A DNA stretch of 64,000 nucleotides from NCBI RefSeq assembly GCF_037042905.1, contig NC_087250.1, forward strand, positions 21,764,001 through 21,828,000, given 5' to 3'. Below the pieces are notes generated by a model. That model did not search any database, was not told where the DNA came from, and saw only the letters and a program-made list of their open reading frames with translations. Origin of the DNA: Lytechinus pictus. Lineage: Eukaryota. Made by a program: the position numbers and the translations under genes. This document shows, one piece after another, positions 35,804-50,018 of this stretch. The first letter of the stretch is position 1. Each line of letters starts with the position of its first letter.

Positions 35804-38214
35804 AATGAAACCCCTTTTTTATGCTTTTCAAATTCATTGGTCCCAATATGACCTTTATTTGTAAGTGAAAAACTTTTTTTTGAATTTTTATGCTTTTCAA
35901 ATTTACATCAGCACCCCCAGTGAAAAATCGTTCCCAGGGCCCTGTCGACTGTACAATGCATAACATGCATATCAAAGTGTACAAACAAAAAAGGATGCAT
36001 AAAAAAAAAATCATCAGATTACTAAAATTATGTTGATTACATGTCACTCACACACAAACAGAGAGTATAAAAGATTTTGTTAGCTGCTGCTGATTCCTAT
36101 TAAAATGCTTTAAAGCTGACCATTCTAAGCTGATACAGTTTCCCATCATTATTTGCAGTCACTGACTTGAAATCTGTAAAAGGTTACATGTAAAGTACCA
36201 TATAATATAATATTACTTGTTTGTTTCAAAGGATGTAATTATACTGATGAATAGCGCCACCTTCTGGTGAATATGGGAAATTGATCTTTCTCTCCTGAAG
36301 AGATTACAATGTACCTTCATGCATTCATTGGCTTAACAACACAAACCTAAGCGATTAATCTTAAAGCTGATCTCTACTATTAAGTATACATAATGATAAA
36401 TGCAATCGACCATACATCAGCCTTTTGATTAATTTCTAAGATTTGTGGTACGGGGCCAAGAACGTCCATACTTAATTAAAGCAGCCTATAGATGTAGTAG
36501 ACACTTGTGGTCCCCCTGCTAGCACATTTTTTCTAAATTTCACCACAAGATGGCGCTATTCATTTTCAATAATGCTAATCAATGTCGTATATTGAGAGAG
36601 TCTTGCCAATCCAAGTTTTGTCAACCCACTGAGCCCATTGCCTGAAAAGTGTTTCATGAACAACTGGGCAGCATTTTTCTGAAAGGACGTTTGATCCGAC
36701 TAAGTCTGTTCAATCCGATAATTTGGTGGATTCACCATCTATCGGTTGATAGGCCGAAATTCGCAATGCCTCATGGGAATTATCATCATCTGTTGCATGC
36801 TAGTGCATGCATGCCATCATGCTGCGATGGCCGACACATCTGAACTGGCTTGTATATGCTGTTTAGCAGTGTCCAGGAGGGAGATAAATTTGCCACAGAT
36901 TTGTTTACCAAGTTTAGACCGTTTTCGGTGAATTCTTCCTCTAATTTTGCCAAATCTTTTTCGTGTTTGAAGCTTCACAGTCACAATACAATAGCACCGT
37001 ATGCTACCTATGCACGATGTCGACACCCGAACTTTGGCCCTGTTTGTTGCAATCGATAGATGGCCCACCGCATTGTGAATCCACCGAATTACAGCAGTAA
37101 TGGTGCCTCTTAGCCAATCAAATACAAGTTTACCCAACTCTTTCAATAGACGACACTGGTGCGTGTTTCATAAAGGAGTTGTAACTTTGCCATTATGGCA
37201 TCTACCATGGAAACCTTGATTCTGATTGGCTGCTGAGCCCTGTTACCATGGTAGTTGCCATAATGGCAAAGTTACAACAGTTGTAAGTCCTTTACGAAAC
37301 AAGCCCCTGGTGCGTGTTTCATAAACCTGTATGTAAAATCGTGCATGACTTTACAAACGACATGAACAAAGCTATCTGCATAGAGACACATCACGTACCG
37401 CAAGAGTCACCAGCACCCTATCACATAAAGCTGTTCGTTAGTTAAGAGCAGCTTTAAGAATGACTGGTGAACCTTTCTTACACACTAAACCATCGCCAAT
37501 GGTGTATACCGTTTACCAAAAGAGAGGATCACCAGTCGTTCATTACTTACGAACAGCTTTATGAAACACCCGCCTGATGTCTACGATTGACTGCATTGAT
37601 TATTTTACATGATCAAACTTAAAATTGAGCCTAAAATTCAATGGCCAAGTATTACGTCACAGGGCCCATAGGTATGTAAAGTCATTCATAACTTACAAAC
37701 AGCTGCACGAAACACCCGCCGGTTAGGTGTTTCATAAAGCTGTTATTAAGTTACGAGCAGCTTTACGAACGACTGGTGATACTTTCTTAGACCCCAAATC
37801 AACATCAATGAGAATGTGGCGCTTTAATATTAAAAAGAATAATCATATAGGATTTATATAGCGCACATATCCACCTTGTTCGGTGCTCAAGGTGCTCCTA
37901 TATTACCCCGGCTAAGCTAGTCTCCCTGGGGCCCGTTGCAGAAAGATTTGTGTTTAAACGCAAGCCAAAAGTTCAATCGCAAGTCCCAAATGTGCGCTTT
38001 TGATTGGTTGAAAGTCAAGTTGCGATGATTTTTAGAGTTGCGATTGATTGCAACTCTTTCTGCAACAGGCCCCAGGGGCTCCTGTTCCTGTGCTCAAAGC
38101 TTTACTACAAGCTTGGCTTACCAGTCGTTTGTAAAATCGCTCGTAACTTACGAACAGCTTTGCGAAACACCAACCTCAAGTCAATATACTATTCCTATAT
38201 AGCACTATCCTTGT

Positions 38215-38405
38215 TTAGTTTGGAAGTAATTCTGCATTTAGTTCACATAGTTGTACTAAGAAACCATCGTTGGGTCCAATCTCCCGTTTTTTCCTGACTG
38301 CCCACGTTGCTTCCTGAGCGGTCATTCCACGTCTGATCATAAGGTATGCGATGGCCACCGTCGCCGACCGACTGAATCCCACAACGCAGTGAATCAACAC
38401 CTTGG
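38215..38405 (-). CDS. DUSP3: Atypical dual-specificity phosphatase (DUSP3/VHR-like), last coding exon with catalytic loop
   Basis: KVLIHCVVGFSRSATVAIAYLM...IGPNDGFLVQL: HCx2GxSRS and AYLM motifs. ttccag acceptor. Exact orthology within DUSP3/13/26/29 is not resolved. Confidence 0.9.
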
Positions 38406-39107
38406 CTGGAAAGAAAATAATAAAAATAAATGATAAAACCTAGCTTACCAAATCAAAGTTACCTCAACTCCGCATTGTGCCACTAACTATTAAAAAATTA
38501 ATTATCTTTTTCAAACAAACACTGAAAATTCCAGGAATTAAAATGAAATTATACCTGAAAGCTACAATTGATATTTCTGATAATCTATTTTGTCAAGAAT
38601 GTCAATGTCATATATTATGCCTTGAGTTGGAGTAAATATGTAAAATGTAAAACCTTTTAAGGTTTTACATTTTGTGGGTAAGCAAACATGGTCAAATACA
38701 TTGGAATAGATCAGTTTGAAAGAGAATGATAAAGTGTTATGTGTAGTTTGGTTGATTTATGCTCTGTTCATGGTACCCCTAAATATCCTTCACCGTTCTT
38801 GCATTTTGAAAAGCTATCCTCCAGTGTTCCCCCTTCCTAGAACAAGGAAAACTAAAAGCTCTGCAGTGGAACCTACTCTCTTGCTGTGCACAAGATATTC
38901 ATCAAAGAACTGAACAGCAGTACATAAGTGCCACCCCCCATCAAAATATTCCCATGTCCCCCTTCCTAAAAGCGGGAAAACTCAAAGTGCTGCAGTGAAA
39001 CCTAACCTATTGTGCAAGAACTTCATCAATGAAATGAACTACCAAAGTGCTGCTTGTGGCCCCCTTCAAAATTCTCCAGTGTCCCCCTGCCCACATGTAG
39101 ATCCATG

Positions 39108-39367
39108 TGGAGCATTGTGGCCCAGTGGATTAGTCTTTGAAACAGAGGGTTGTGGGTTCGAATCCCAGCCATTGCGTAATTTCCTTCAGCAAGAAATTTA
39201 TCCACATTGTGCTGCACTCAACCCAGGTGAGGTAAATGGGCACCAGCAGGATTCATTCCTTGAATGCAATGAGCACTGAAAGGCAGCTCGAGCTAAAGCC
39301 CGGGAAACAATAATAATAATAACAATGCGCCTCGTAATAGAATATTTCTAGATAGATGGCGCTATAT
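39108..39367 (+). mobile_element. tRNA-derived SINE
   Basis: A-box tggcccagtgg, B-box ggttcgaatcc, conserved core and a ggcgctatataa tail. Related inverted copies are at ~39895-40150 and ~40570-40823. Confidence 0.75.
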
Positions 39368-39723
39368 AATTGATTGATTGATGAAAAATTAACGACACTA
39401 TCAACACATGCGTGTCATATAAGTGTCAGACAGTTAATCTGGAAAGGTTACAGTACAAATTACCCTAATGCAACTTTACAAAGGAACAGGATGATAAAAT
39501 AGTAATTATCAGTAATAAATTAATAGGTTAACTACTTCCCCGGGATAACTTCCCTACTCTTTACGAAAAGAGGAGTAGGTTTTTTAACGTGCAAATGGTG
39601 TGACTCTCCTTTACACAGGACCGACGGCTTAGAGTCTCCTCCGAAAGACTAGATGGCGCTATATAAATGCATATTATTATTATTATCCAGGAAAAATAAA
39701 AGAACTGTATAAATGAAACGTAC

Positions 39724-39838
39724 CCTCTTGTTGTGCAAGTACTTCATCAATGAACTGAACGGCTGTACCAAAGTGCTGTTTTAGGTTAGCCCTGGGCTCA
39801 TCAGAGACGGGAAGACCACAGTATTTGATGTTTGCATC
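39724..39838 (-). CDS. DUSP3: DUSP3-like phosphatase, coding exon 3
   Basis: DANIKYCGLPVSDEPRANLKQHFGTAVQFIDEVLAQQE (general-acid Asp loop). AG/GT boundaries, phase 0/1 consistent. Confidence 0.88.
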
Positions 39839-39894
39839 CTAGAATGATGAAGAAAATAATAAAAGAAACAAATCTTAATAACAATAAAAAGCAT

Positions 39895-40150
39895 TTAGCG
39901 CTATCTATCAAGAACTAATCTATTCCAAGGCGCAATATATATTATTACCCCAGCTTAAGCCCGAGCTGCCTTCCAGCGCTCAGCACATTCAACAAATTAA
40001 TCCTGCTGCGTACCCATTCACCTCACCTGGGTTGCGTGCAGCACAATGCGGGTAAATTTCTTGCTGGAAGAAAACACGCCTTGGCCGGGAATCGAACCCA
40101 CGCCCCTCTGATTGAAAGACGCGATTCGTAGCCACTAGACCACAACACCC
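39895..40150 (-). mobile_element. tRNA-derived SINE (same family as 39108)
   Basis: Reverse-complement similarity; B-box ggttcgattcc. Confidence 0.7.
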
Positions 40151-40569
40151 CAACATCTTGAAAGACCTTTCAACGATATTGGAAGCCAAAATAATTATTA
40201 TTTGAAAGGAATGGAGAAGTAGATTACAACAAAACAATGCTCTTATCTGCTGAATATTTAACTTTAAACACTCCTGAAACACTTTGTGAACCTTAAAATG
40301 GGATTTCCTGTGCCTCTTAATAACCTGAATTCATGGTACGTCAGCGTCACCAATTAAAGATTATGGGCATTTTTATGACTAGAAAAGACCATTTTAAATT
40401 TTGGTTTTTCAAATGAAAAAAAAAAACCTTTTGGAAAAAACAAGTATTATACAAAATCATGAAAGGATTCGAGGAAGGCCTCACGTCACATTTGCTGGTC
40501 TTGGCCTAGAGCCAAGTCAAGTGTACTTTGGTAACTTAATAACAATAATAATGATAATAATAATAGCTG

Positions 40570-40823
40570 GTTTTTATATAGCACTTTTGGCCCGATGATA
40601 CAATATGCTGCTACTACTACCCCCGCTTTAGCTCGAGCTACCATCACTAGTGCTCAGTGCATTCAAGGAATTAATCTTGCCGATCACCCATTCACCTCAC
40701 CTGGGTCAAGCGCAGCACAGTGTGGATAAATTTCTTGCTAAAAGAAAAGATGCCATGGCTAGGGTTCGAACCCACAGCCCTCTGTTTGGAAGGTGAGATT
40801 CAAAACCTTGTGACCACAACGTG
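40570..40823 (-). mobile_element. tRNA-derived SINE (same family)
   Basis: Reverse-complement similarity to 39108-39367. Confidence 0.7.
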
Positions 40824-40834
40824 CCAAAACTTAC

Positions 40835-40949
40835 AACATAATATGCTTGATTTGTATCAACCCGAAACATCCTCGCCGGGCCTTCAGCACAGTTCAACAC
40901 ATGAGTAATACCTAGGTCTGCAAGCTTGTTCAGATCCCTGGCTATTTCT
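40835..40949 (-). CDS. DUSP3: DUSP3-like phosphatase, coding exon 2
   Basis: EIARDLNKLADLGITHVLNCAEGPARMFRVDTNQAYYV (GITHVLN motif). Splice sites and phases fit. Confidence 0.88.
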
Positions 40950-41499
40950 CTGAGAAAAAAATGTGAAGTAAACACTGTCAGATTAAAATAGAATAGCAAC
41001 TCAGTCGATTGATCAACCATATATTTATTCCACTCAAACTCTATAAGAAAAAAAAATCACCAATACAGAAAGAAAACTTTGAGCATTAGCCAAGATACCT
41101 TACATCATAACACCAACAATATTCCACTTTCACAACAAATGCATCAGAATTTTTAGGAGATGTGAAATAAATTTACAAAAAGAAAGAAAAAAACAAACTA
41201 AAACAAAACAAGCAATATCTAAAGGCTTTATTCATTTACCCCTGGCTTGGCCGCACACATTGTATGCACCTCTTTCTACTCCTTAGGCCCAGGGGAACAT
41301 TCTAACAAGAGTTTCTAAATTCAACTGCCTCACATACATGTACTTAATTGCATCCTACAGAGTCCCCATTTAACACCTGGGTGGAGAGTTTCAAAGTGTG
41401 GATCGATGCCTTAAAAAGGGCAGGAGGACATGACAGGAATCAAACACATAACCCTCTGATAACAAAGCAAGTCTCAAAATGGCTGAAACATCACAATGC

Positions 41500-42102
41500 T
41501 ATGGAAGCTTAAAATTGCCACCCAGATGTTCAGATAATAATCTCGTCATGTCTACAACCCTTGAAAAAAGATGATGAGATTACAAGATCTTGGATCTCGT
41601 CATGTCTACACCCTGTGGGAGAGATGATGAGATGACATGATCTGGGATCTCGTCATGTCTGCATCCCATGGGAGAGATGATCAAATGACAAGATCTTGGA
41701 TCTTATCATGTCTACATCCCGTGGGAGAGATGATCAGATGACAAGATCTTGGATCTCATCATGTCTACATCCAGTGGAAGAGATGATCAGATGTCATGAT
41801 CTCGTAACTCGTCATGTCTACATCTTTTAGAAGAGATGATCAGATGACATGATCACGGATCGAAGATCTTGTCATCTGATCATCTCCTCCACAGGATGTA
41901 GACATGACGAGATCCAAGATCTTGTCATCTGATCATTCTTCTCCCACAGGATGTAGATATGATGAGATCCAAGATATTGTCATCTCATCATCTCTCCTAC
42001 AGGATGTAGACATATCTCGTCATGTGGACATTTTTTTCTAAGGGATGTAGACATAACAAGATTATTATCTGAACATCTGGGTGGCACTTTTAAGCTTCCA
42101 TA
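41500..42102. mobile_element. Foldback-type MITE with inverted arrays of ~57-bp units
   Basis: tatggaagcttaaaa.tgccacccagatgttcagataataatct at both ends (inverted). A partial relative is at ~52910-53103. Confidence 0.8.
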
Positions 42103-42443
42103 CAACGCTTCGATAAATTATTCAATAGATTGACTTATAGTTAAGAACATGCAATGTAAATATTTTCTATTATATAAGTTGAAAAATAATTGTCATGAAT
42201 TTCATTAAATTCCAAAATCAAACTCCTCCCTCGTTCTCCATCCCCCCCCCCCCTCCCCTCATCCACCTTCTTCTCCTTTACAGACCATTATACTGCCAAT
42301 CATCGCCTTGTGTAGTTTGTTGGAAGGCAGATTAAAATGAAATCAAACAAAGAAATCATCGGCCCAATTTCACAAAGATGGTTTTGAATTGACGCCTGTT
42401 GTCATGGTCAACCACGCTAACTGAGTCCACTGTTTTGAATTAA

Positions 42444-43038
42444 AGGGGAATCCAACCCAAATAAAAACTTGTTTTTATAAGAAAAAGAAAAATCAGACAA
42501 GTTGATAGGTGAAAGTTTGAACAATATTGGACAAACAACAAGAAAGTTATGAATTTTTAAAAGTTGTAAATATTGGTAATCACTACACCCATGGAGACTT
42601 CAAATTTGCCACATATGGGATGTCATAGTGATGTAAGGCAAGGACTACTCTTCCATGTACTCCAATACATATTATGGCTAAAATGTCATTTTTCCCAAAA
42701 GTTTTATTTCAAATTATATTTTTCTTTCATGAGGACATAAAACAATATACTACCTGGATTATATTTAGATTACTGCCCCAGGGGAATGGGTACTTATGAG
42801 AAAACCACAAATCCCTGATAATAAAGTACATGGCCTATGGGAAAGTTGTCCTTGCCCCTTGTCATAATATACTTACCCAGTTGCCAATTTGAAATCTACA
42901 TACTATTAGTGATCTCAATTTTAAAGCAGCTATAACTTTCTTATTGCTTGTCCGATTTCTTTCAAACTTTGCCCATTCTGTTTAATTTATTTTTCTCCTT
43001 CTCAACACAACATTTTATGGCCAAGGCTGGATTTCCCT
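42444..43038. mobile_element. TTAA-targeting MITE (Kolobok-like AGG...CCT ends)
   Basis: ttaa|aggggaatcca ... tggatttccct|ttaa. A near-identical inverted copy is at 56002-56565. Confidence 0.8.
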
Positions 43039-43232
43039 TTAAGGATTCCTCCTACAAACACTAGAATTAAATGGCACACTTGGACAAAAGCACGCATCAG
43101 CATTGGATATTTTTTAACATACACGGTAAACAAGCGTAATTTATACAGGAAATCTGCATAAACCATGGGTTTAACTGAAGGTTTTCAAAACCACCTTTGT
43201 CACTTTGGGCCATTCTGACTATCAAGACTTAC

Positions 43233-43360
43233 TCTCCACCAACAAACACACGATCATAAACTTCATTAACGTCACAGCTTGGTTCGTACAGGAATCCCAC
43301 ACCAGCCCTGCACAGAGACTCCAGTTCTTCCGGAGTACAGGAAGCGCTCTTGGTTGCCAT
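43233..43360 (-). CDS. DUSP3: DUSP3-like phosphatase, first coding exon (182 aa total over 4 exons)
   Basis: MATKSASCTPEELESLC...DVNEVYDRVFVGGE with a gtaagt donor. The four exons sum to 549 nt in frame. Confidence 0.85.
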
Positions 43361-45132
43361 AGTGAGAGGATGATGACTGAAATAACTGAGTGAAAAGAAT
43401 AACAAACATTTACTAAGTATCATCATAAGTAACACAATTTTTGATCTGATTTGTTTTGATTCAACTTTTGATTATTCAGAAATTGTTCACATTTCCAGAA
43501 CTTTATTTGTTCAAACCCACCTACCATCACCTGTTCACTGCAACCACCCTGCCAGTGGGGAATCTTACATGTAGGACTATGGTATGCCAATGCAGTACCC
43601 ATCATACATTAAAGAATTTCATTAAAATATCACTTTTGTGACCAAAATACTAATTTCCATACAGTTGCAATTCATTCTCATATAAAGTAACATGCAAATA
43701 ATTTTTGTATTCATCAGAGCACTCAAAAACTTGACTTTTGGGCATATTTTGCATACATCATCTATTGGTGGACAGTAAAATTTCAAGAAAATTGTCATTT
43801 TTCAATCTCTATTTTCAATGTAAAATGAAATAATAAAAATAATTCAATTTACTTCTGGGTCAATTGATATGAATAGCTGCAATGGATACTGATTATGTAA
43901 AAATGAAATCAAGTATTTGTTCTCAAGAACAAGAGAAAATAAGCCTAGAATTGCCAACCTTATTTCACTACACAGGGAGTAGTAGAGAACCTTGTTTGTT
44001 CATTGAATGAGTGCCTACCATTAGATTCAATGGGAACTCTGCCTTGGTTATAAAATGATGTGTGGGATAGGAGAAACTTGAGGCAGAATGGTGAAAGTTT
44101 GAAAAAAAAAATGGTGAAAACAATGTTTTTAAGGTTATTGTCTGATATTTATCACATTTTCACAAATCTAAAAGCTACTTGTCACTCTGAATCTGATATT
44201 TTTTTACTTGTCCTCATCTAAGACTAAATATAAATTCAACTTTTTATTTCCCTTTTAAAGCAAAGAATAATTAATTTGTGAATAAACATCCCACTAACAT
44301 TAGAATGATTAGGCTATTTGAACACAAAGCAGATCTTTTGAATAGATACTTCCTCCTTTCCCTCTCCTAGTCTATTCCAGACACATCCCCCTTTTCTAAA
44401 AAAATGTTTGTTTTTGTTTGCATTAAGTACCGTAACTAAATAACTGACCTTCCCAGTTGGTACTAAAAAACCACGGCTAGAGCCTAGAGGCTAGACTAGA
44501 GCCAGAGGCTAGAGTGTGAATCCCTAGTCAGTAGCATGATAATATGATAAATATGCATAATTGAAACGCTTTTGAATACAGGCCATCTGTTGTGGTCTGA
44601 CTTCCTGACTTCATTTCCTAATCTTTAATAAAGTTACTAATACTAACTCTTAGCGCTGCAATTCCGCGGGCGCAGCGGAGCTCCATGGAGTCGAGCCATG
44701 CATTGCTAATTGGGTGGGCCAGAGTGTCGGCCAAGCGACTCGAGAGGCTCAGCTCCGAGCCTCCGCTACACAGCAAAATTGAAATGGAGAAGCTTTACCA
44801 TGTTTACTGCATTTCCTGTAAACTAATCGTTAGAAAGCCAGCCAAATAAAGAGTCATCTACTCACGAATTGTCTCCCTGCAAACAGGTCCTTCCAGCATG
44901 TCCGATAAAACACCGTCAAAACGCCAAATCTTAGCCTTTGGCTTTGACTTTTTTGGCAGAAAATTCTGACGGCCGCTGCCTTTAGTCTCACAATATTGCG
45001 CAATGTTGATATTCCTGACCCAATGAACGTAGAGGGCTCTGTCTGCAATCGATGCTTGATGACGGACAAAACCTCTCACTTTGAGTCTTCCTTTTCTTTT
45101 CTCTTTTACTTTCATAACCCTTGGGGTCAGGG

Positions 45133-45421
45133 CACTGGCGTACCTAGGATTTTCCAGAAGGGGGGGGGGGGATTTTTTGGAGGATATTTTGTCCGCGAAA
45201 AAAATTGACAAGCAAAAAAAAGAAAAAGTCTTCAAGTTCAAAAGAGGGGTTCACGTCTGTTTTTATTGCATTTTTACATTACAAATTATTAATTTGGCTT
45301 CCAAAAGGGGGGGGGGGGCGTCCCCTTTATCAGTTGTGACTCGTTAGGGGGTAGGGATACGTCCCCTGCATGAGTTGTGACTCGTCAGGGGGGCAGTCTG
45401 CCCCCCTTAGGTACGCTAGTG
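45133..45421. mobile_element. hAT-like MITE
   Basis: cactggcgtaccta / taggtacgctagtg TIR with an 8-bp TSD ggtcaggg. Confidence 0.7.
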
Positions 45422-46232
45422 GGTCAGGGGCGGCGAAACCAGGGGCACTAACACTTGCCCCCCCCCCCCCTATCCGTAGGGAGAAATGCGCTTTTTCAAA
45501 ATGGAAAGTGCCCGTTTTTCAAAATGATATGTGCCCTTTTTAAAACAAAATACCTTTGATTTGAAATAAAAACATTAGGTTAGAAATTCACAAAATCTTT
45601 GGCTCAAAATCTTTGGCTAATTAAGGTACTCATTCTGTTCTTGGTTACAAAACGTGCTTAGAATGTCATATTTTTAGGTTGGAATATCACAAATTTTCAG
45701 CTCGTGCTTCGCACTCTTCGCATCTCTTTGATAAAAAACCCTTCTTGGAATGTTTGATTTTCAGGTCCTATTGGTACATGAATTAATGACCAAAATTTGA
45801 GCTCGCGATTTACGCTCGCAACTTCTCGCAAGGATGTTCTTTTAAAAGGAATGCGCGATAATTGTCCAAAAAGCGAGTTTCACAACTTCAGGTTTGAACA
45901 TGTTTTTCCAAACCGCTCGCTCTAGGAAAAAAACATAAATAGGCCTATGTAGGTCTAGTTTATCAATCAGAAATCACTTGAAATGTCTTTGCTCAACTAA
46001 ATTACTACACTTGAACACACACATTTATCAGGGGCGCTGCGTATGTTATTTAACATTGTCAGCACCTCAGGAAAGCCGGTTGACAAGCAAAAAATAAAAA
46101 AAATGAATAAATAAAAATGGTAATTGCTGCCAAAATGAAGGGGGTTTGAGAGCAATGACAGTACTTTCTTTCTTTTTTTTTAGCTCGTCATTTTTTTCTG
46201 AACAAACCCCTACATAAAACATGTTTAATAGA

Positions 46233-46448
<216 letters not shown>

Positions 46449-46804
46449 ATAAGGAAAAAAAGTAAGCAGATAAGGGGGAAAATATTATTGTTTGGCTTGA
46501 GAGATTGCAGGACAAGTGTCTTTTTTTTTACTGATCTTCCTTATTTCACTTGCCATAATGATTAGCTGTTATGATTGCGGGCAACAACGGGAAGATAAGA
46601 GAGTGCTCTGTTTATTTTTACCTTTTTATTTGAAGGGCAAGGTAGTTCACCCATCCAAACTATACAGTAATTGATTTGAATAAAGAAGAAAAACAATCAG
46701 GCTCTATAGATTAAATGCCTCATCAAAATCGGAAGAAATCAAGATAACATTTTAAAGCTTTAGACAAACACATTCCTTTCACAAAGAGTGACTGAGCATT
46801 ACAG

Positions 46805-48434
46805 CAGCGGTGTAACAGGGGTCGGTGGCCAGGGGGGGGGGGGGGGCAAGATCCAAAAATTTCCCGGTCATATCATGGTATGAACAGGCGTAATGGTGTA
46901 ATGAGGCGACTATTTTGAGAAGGCCAGATATTGCGTATCGGGCAGAATTTATCTTTAAAAACAGTTGCGAGCGAGCGAAGCGAGCGAGCAAAAATTTGGA
47001 CCTTTTTTATACAAAAATCAAATTTTGTGATAGATTTAATTTGACATGATATCCAGAAAATAATATATTTCACTCTTCTCTCTTTAGATTCCTTTTTTGT
47101 GGTCTACGCCACTGTGAACAGGATTCTTTGTGGAAGTAGCGTGAACAGTAAAAAAAAGAAGATAAAAAAACAGGGGAGCAGTATAGCATATGTGCTAAAA
47201 AGCTGCTTTAAATAAGTCCCGAGCGAGCGAAGCGAGCGAGAAAAAAAAATCACCTTTTCATGAGAATCTAACTTTGAGCTATTTTTTTACATTATATTCA
47301 GTAAATAAAATCATATATTCTACACTTTTCCTTTGCTTTTCTTTCCTCTTTTTTTATTATTCTTGTTTGTAGAACTTTTGGGGGCCATGGCCCAACCCTT
47401 CCATACGCAGTGCTGTGCGTTTGGGGTCCGGGCGGAGCTCCCGGAACTTCTTGATATCAAAGCCATTTAAACCTCGCAGATTGCCGCTATTTTAATCAAA
47501 TCGCGGTCATACAGAATATAGCTTTTATACAACACATTTATTCAACCCGGTTGCATAATGAACCAAATATTTTTAAGGGGCAAAACATAGCAATGTGGGA
47601 AAATTTGTAAAAAAAAGTCGCCAGCATGCAAAGCGAGCTGGAAAAAAAATTGCCAATTGAAATTAAATTCTAATTATGTGATAGCTTTTTCCATTATATT
47701 CAGCAAATATTACATTTCATTGTTTTCATTCATTTCATTATACGTTGTCTCCTACAACTTCTTTTATTTTCTCTTGGGTGTGGAACCAAGATCCCCCCGC
47801 GCCTGTATGCCAGTGATTGATTGTGATTGAACGAGGGGGGGGGGGGCGTTATAGAGCCATTTGAAGGTTATAAATGAAGAGCCCCTACTGCGTGGGGTCT
47901 GGGGCAAAGCCCCGGTAGCTTATTTGCATAAAATTTAGCAAGCTTATAACACAATGTTGTATGCAGTCCATCTTTTTTCCCGCTCTTTAATTTCAATCAT
48001 CGGCAGCCCGGTCGTGTTATTATGTTTTTTCCTTGTCCCTTTTCTTTCCCAATTTAGCTTTTGACTAACCCTCTCTACCTTCATTTCCCGCTATTGTTTG
48101 CCATTTTTTCATCTTTTAATTCATTTCCCACCTTGCTATTGCATTACATAGGCCTATTTCGGAATGATTTGTTCTTTCTCAAATGTTCTTCTTTCGTACA
48201 TTTTCCCGCTTTCCTTCCTTTTCCTTTTCCTATTTCGGAATGATTTGTTCTTTCTCAAATGTTCTTCTTTCGTCATTTTCTTTTCCCTTTCCCTTTCCTT
48301 TTCCCCTTTCCTTCCCCTTTCCCTTTCTTTCTCCCTCTTTTTTTTTCTTTTTCCCGTTTTTCTTTTATTTTCCCGGTGAAATTTGCCAGGGGGGCAACTT
48401 GCCCCCCTGCCCCCCCCCGCCTGTTACGCCACTG
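46805..48434. mobile_element. Non-autonomous hAT-like element
   Basis: cagcggtgtaacagg / cctgttacgccactg TIR with an 8-bp TSD cattacag. Confidence 0.75.
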
Positions 48435-48452
48435 CATTACAGCCGGGCATAG

Positions 48453-48660
48453 AGGTCCCATAGTGGCTCAATGGTAGTGCGCCCGCCTGAGGGAGTTCGT
48501 GGGTTCGATCCCCGGCCGAGTTTATACCAAAGACTGTACAAATGGGACCTTCTGCCTTCTTATCAGGCGCTCGACATAAATTATGAGAATGAAGAAGGCC
48601 TAATGCAAAGCTCACTGATAGTGGCTTCCCTGGGTAAATAAGAGATGTTATCAGTTTTTA
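48453..48660 (+). mobile_element. tRNA-derived SINE (second family)
   Basis: A-box tggctcaatgg and B-box ggttcgatccc, followed by a non-tRNA body. Confidence 0.65.
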
Positions 48661-50018
48661 TTATAATAAGACTTTGATTCTGTTGTAGGCTACATTAATT
48701 TTGTATTCGGCAGAAATAAATGTCTAATCCCATGTCACTTAAATATAATGTGTTTAATTTTATCTCCTAGGATTTTTTTTTCCTTCAAAATATAGCAGGG
48801 CCTACGTGTCCCAAAATGTGCCTGATAGTGTGTTCACACTCACAGTGTGGACAAACAAAAGGGCGATTCCATGCTAGAAAAATCAGCCATTCTCACAACA
48901 TTTTTCAACCTGCTGTCCAAATGAACGAAGAACTTCAATTTGCTTTGTGGTAATATTAAAGTACTACTGGGTAGACATGCAAAAAACTGACAACCAACAA
49001 AAATATGTCGTCCATAGGCAGATAGGTGAATTAGAGCTTAAGATATTGCGTGTCGTACGACATTATATTTCTGCGTCCCGTACGACACACAACATTTTCA
49101 CCTATAACTTCCCCATAATCAATTGTTTTTTTGTTGGCTATTACTTTTTCACATGACTACCCACTAATAGCTTTGTCATTGACAAACAAGAATATTTTAT
49201 TGCTCAAGCATTCGGCTAGGAAACTAGAAATTGTTGTCAAAATGTCCCGTACAACACGTATGGAATCGCCTAAAATAGTTTTTTCAGCGTGGGCATGCTT
49301 AGTGCGAATCAAATGTTTCTAGTCTATTCTGCCGTACTTTGGCAAAAGGAAGCAAGTTACTAAAGTATAATTTGTTGTAAATGAGCAATGCATGTGTTCG
49401 CCATTTACATAGGTGCCACTTTTAACAGCATATTTCCTTCAATATCTTTCCATATAGAATGGTCATTTCTTCCCCAAATCTTGCCTGAACGTGCAACATA
49501 CAAAGGGTGTTTCAGAAACAACAACTCAAATTTAATTGTGTCACTTGCTTCCTTTTGCCAAAGTTGGGCAGTATTGTCTATTAAGAGACAATACTGTAAA
49601 GAGTATCACAGTCGATGACTTGTGTATACAGTGTGATATTATTCCACACTATCAAGTCTGATCATTCTACCAGCATGTAAACTATGATTGTGGACACGAT
49701 GTCAACACACTTTGAATGCACTTGACTCAGTGTGAACACATTGTGAGCACACTGCAAATACACTATGTACACACACTGTACATAGTGTGAACATAGGGAA
49801 TACTGTGCACACTGCGAACTTACTGTGGATACACCATGAACATACTGCGTACATTGTGTGAACACATTGTGAGTTCCATTAGTTCACTTGCTGCGCTCGC
49901 TTTCACAATGCCGTGTCAATGGATATGGGGGGAAATATGTAACTCATTAAAATAACGTACGGACAAGGGATTCGTTTACATTCAAGACACACACATCCAC
50001 ATCCACACAAAACCCAAT

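Noticed and set aside
39108..39180. tRNA-like A/B boxes (also 48453-48520)
   Set aside because: No complete cloverleaf; they continue into SINE bodies present in several copies.
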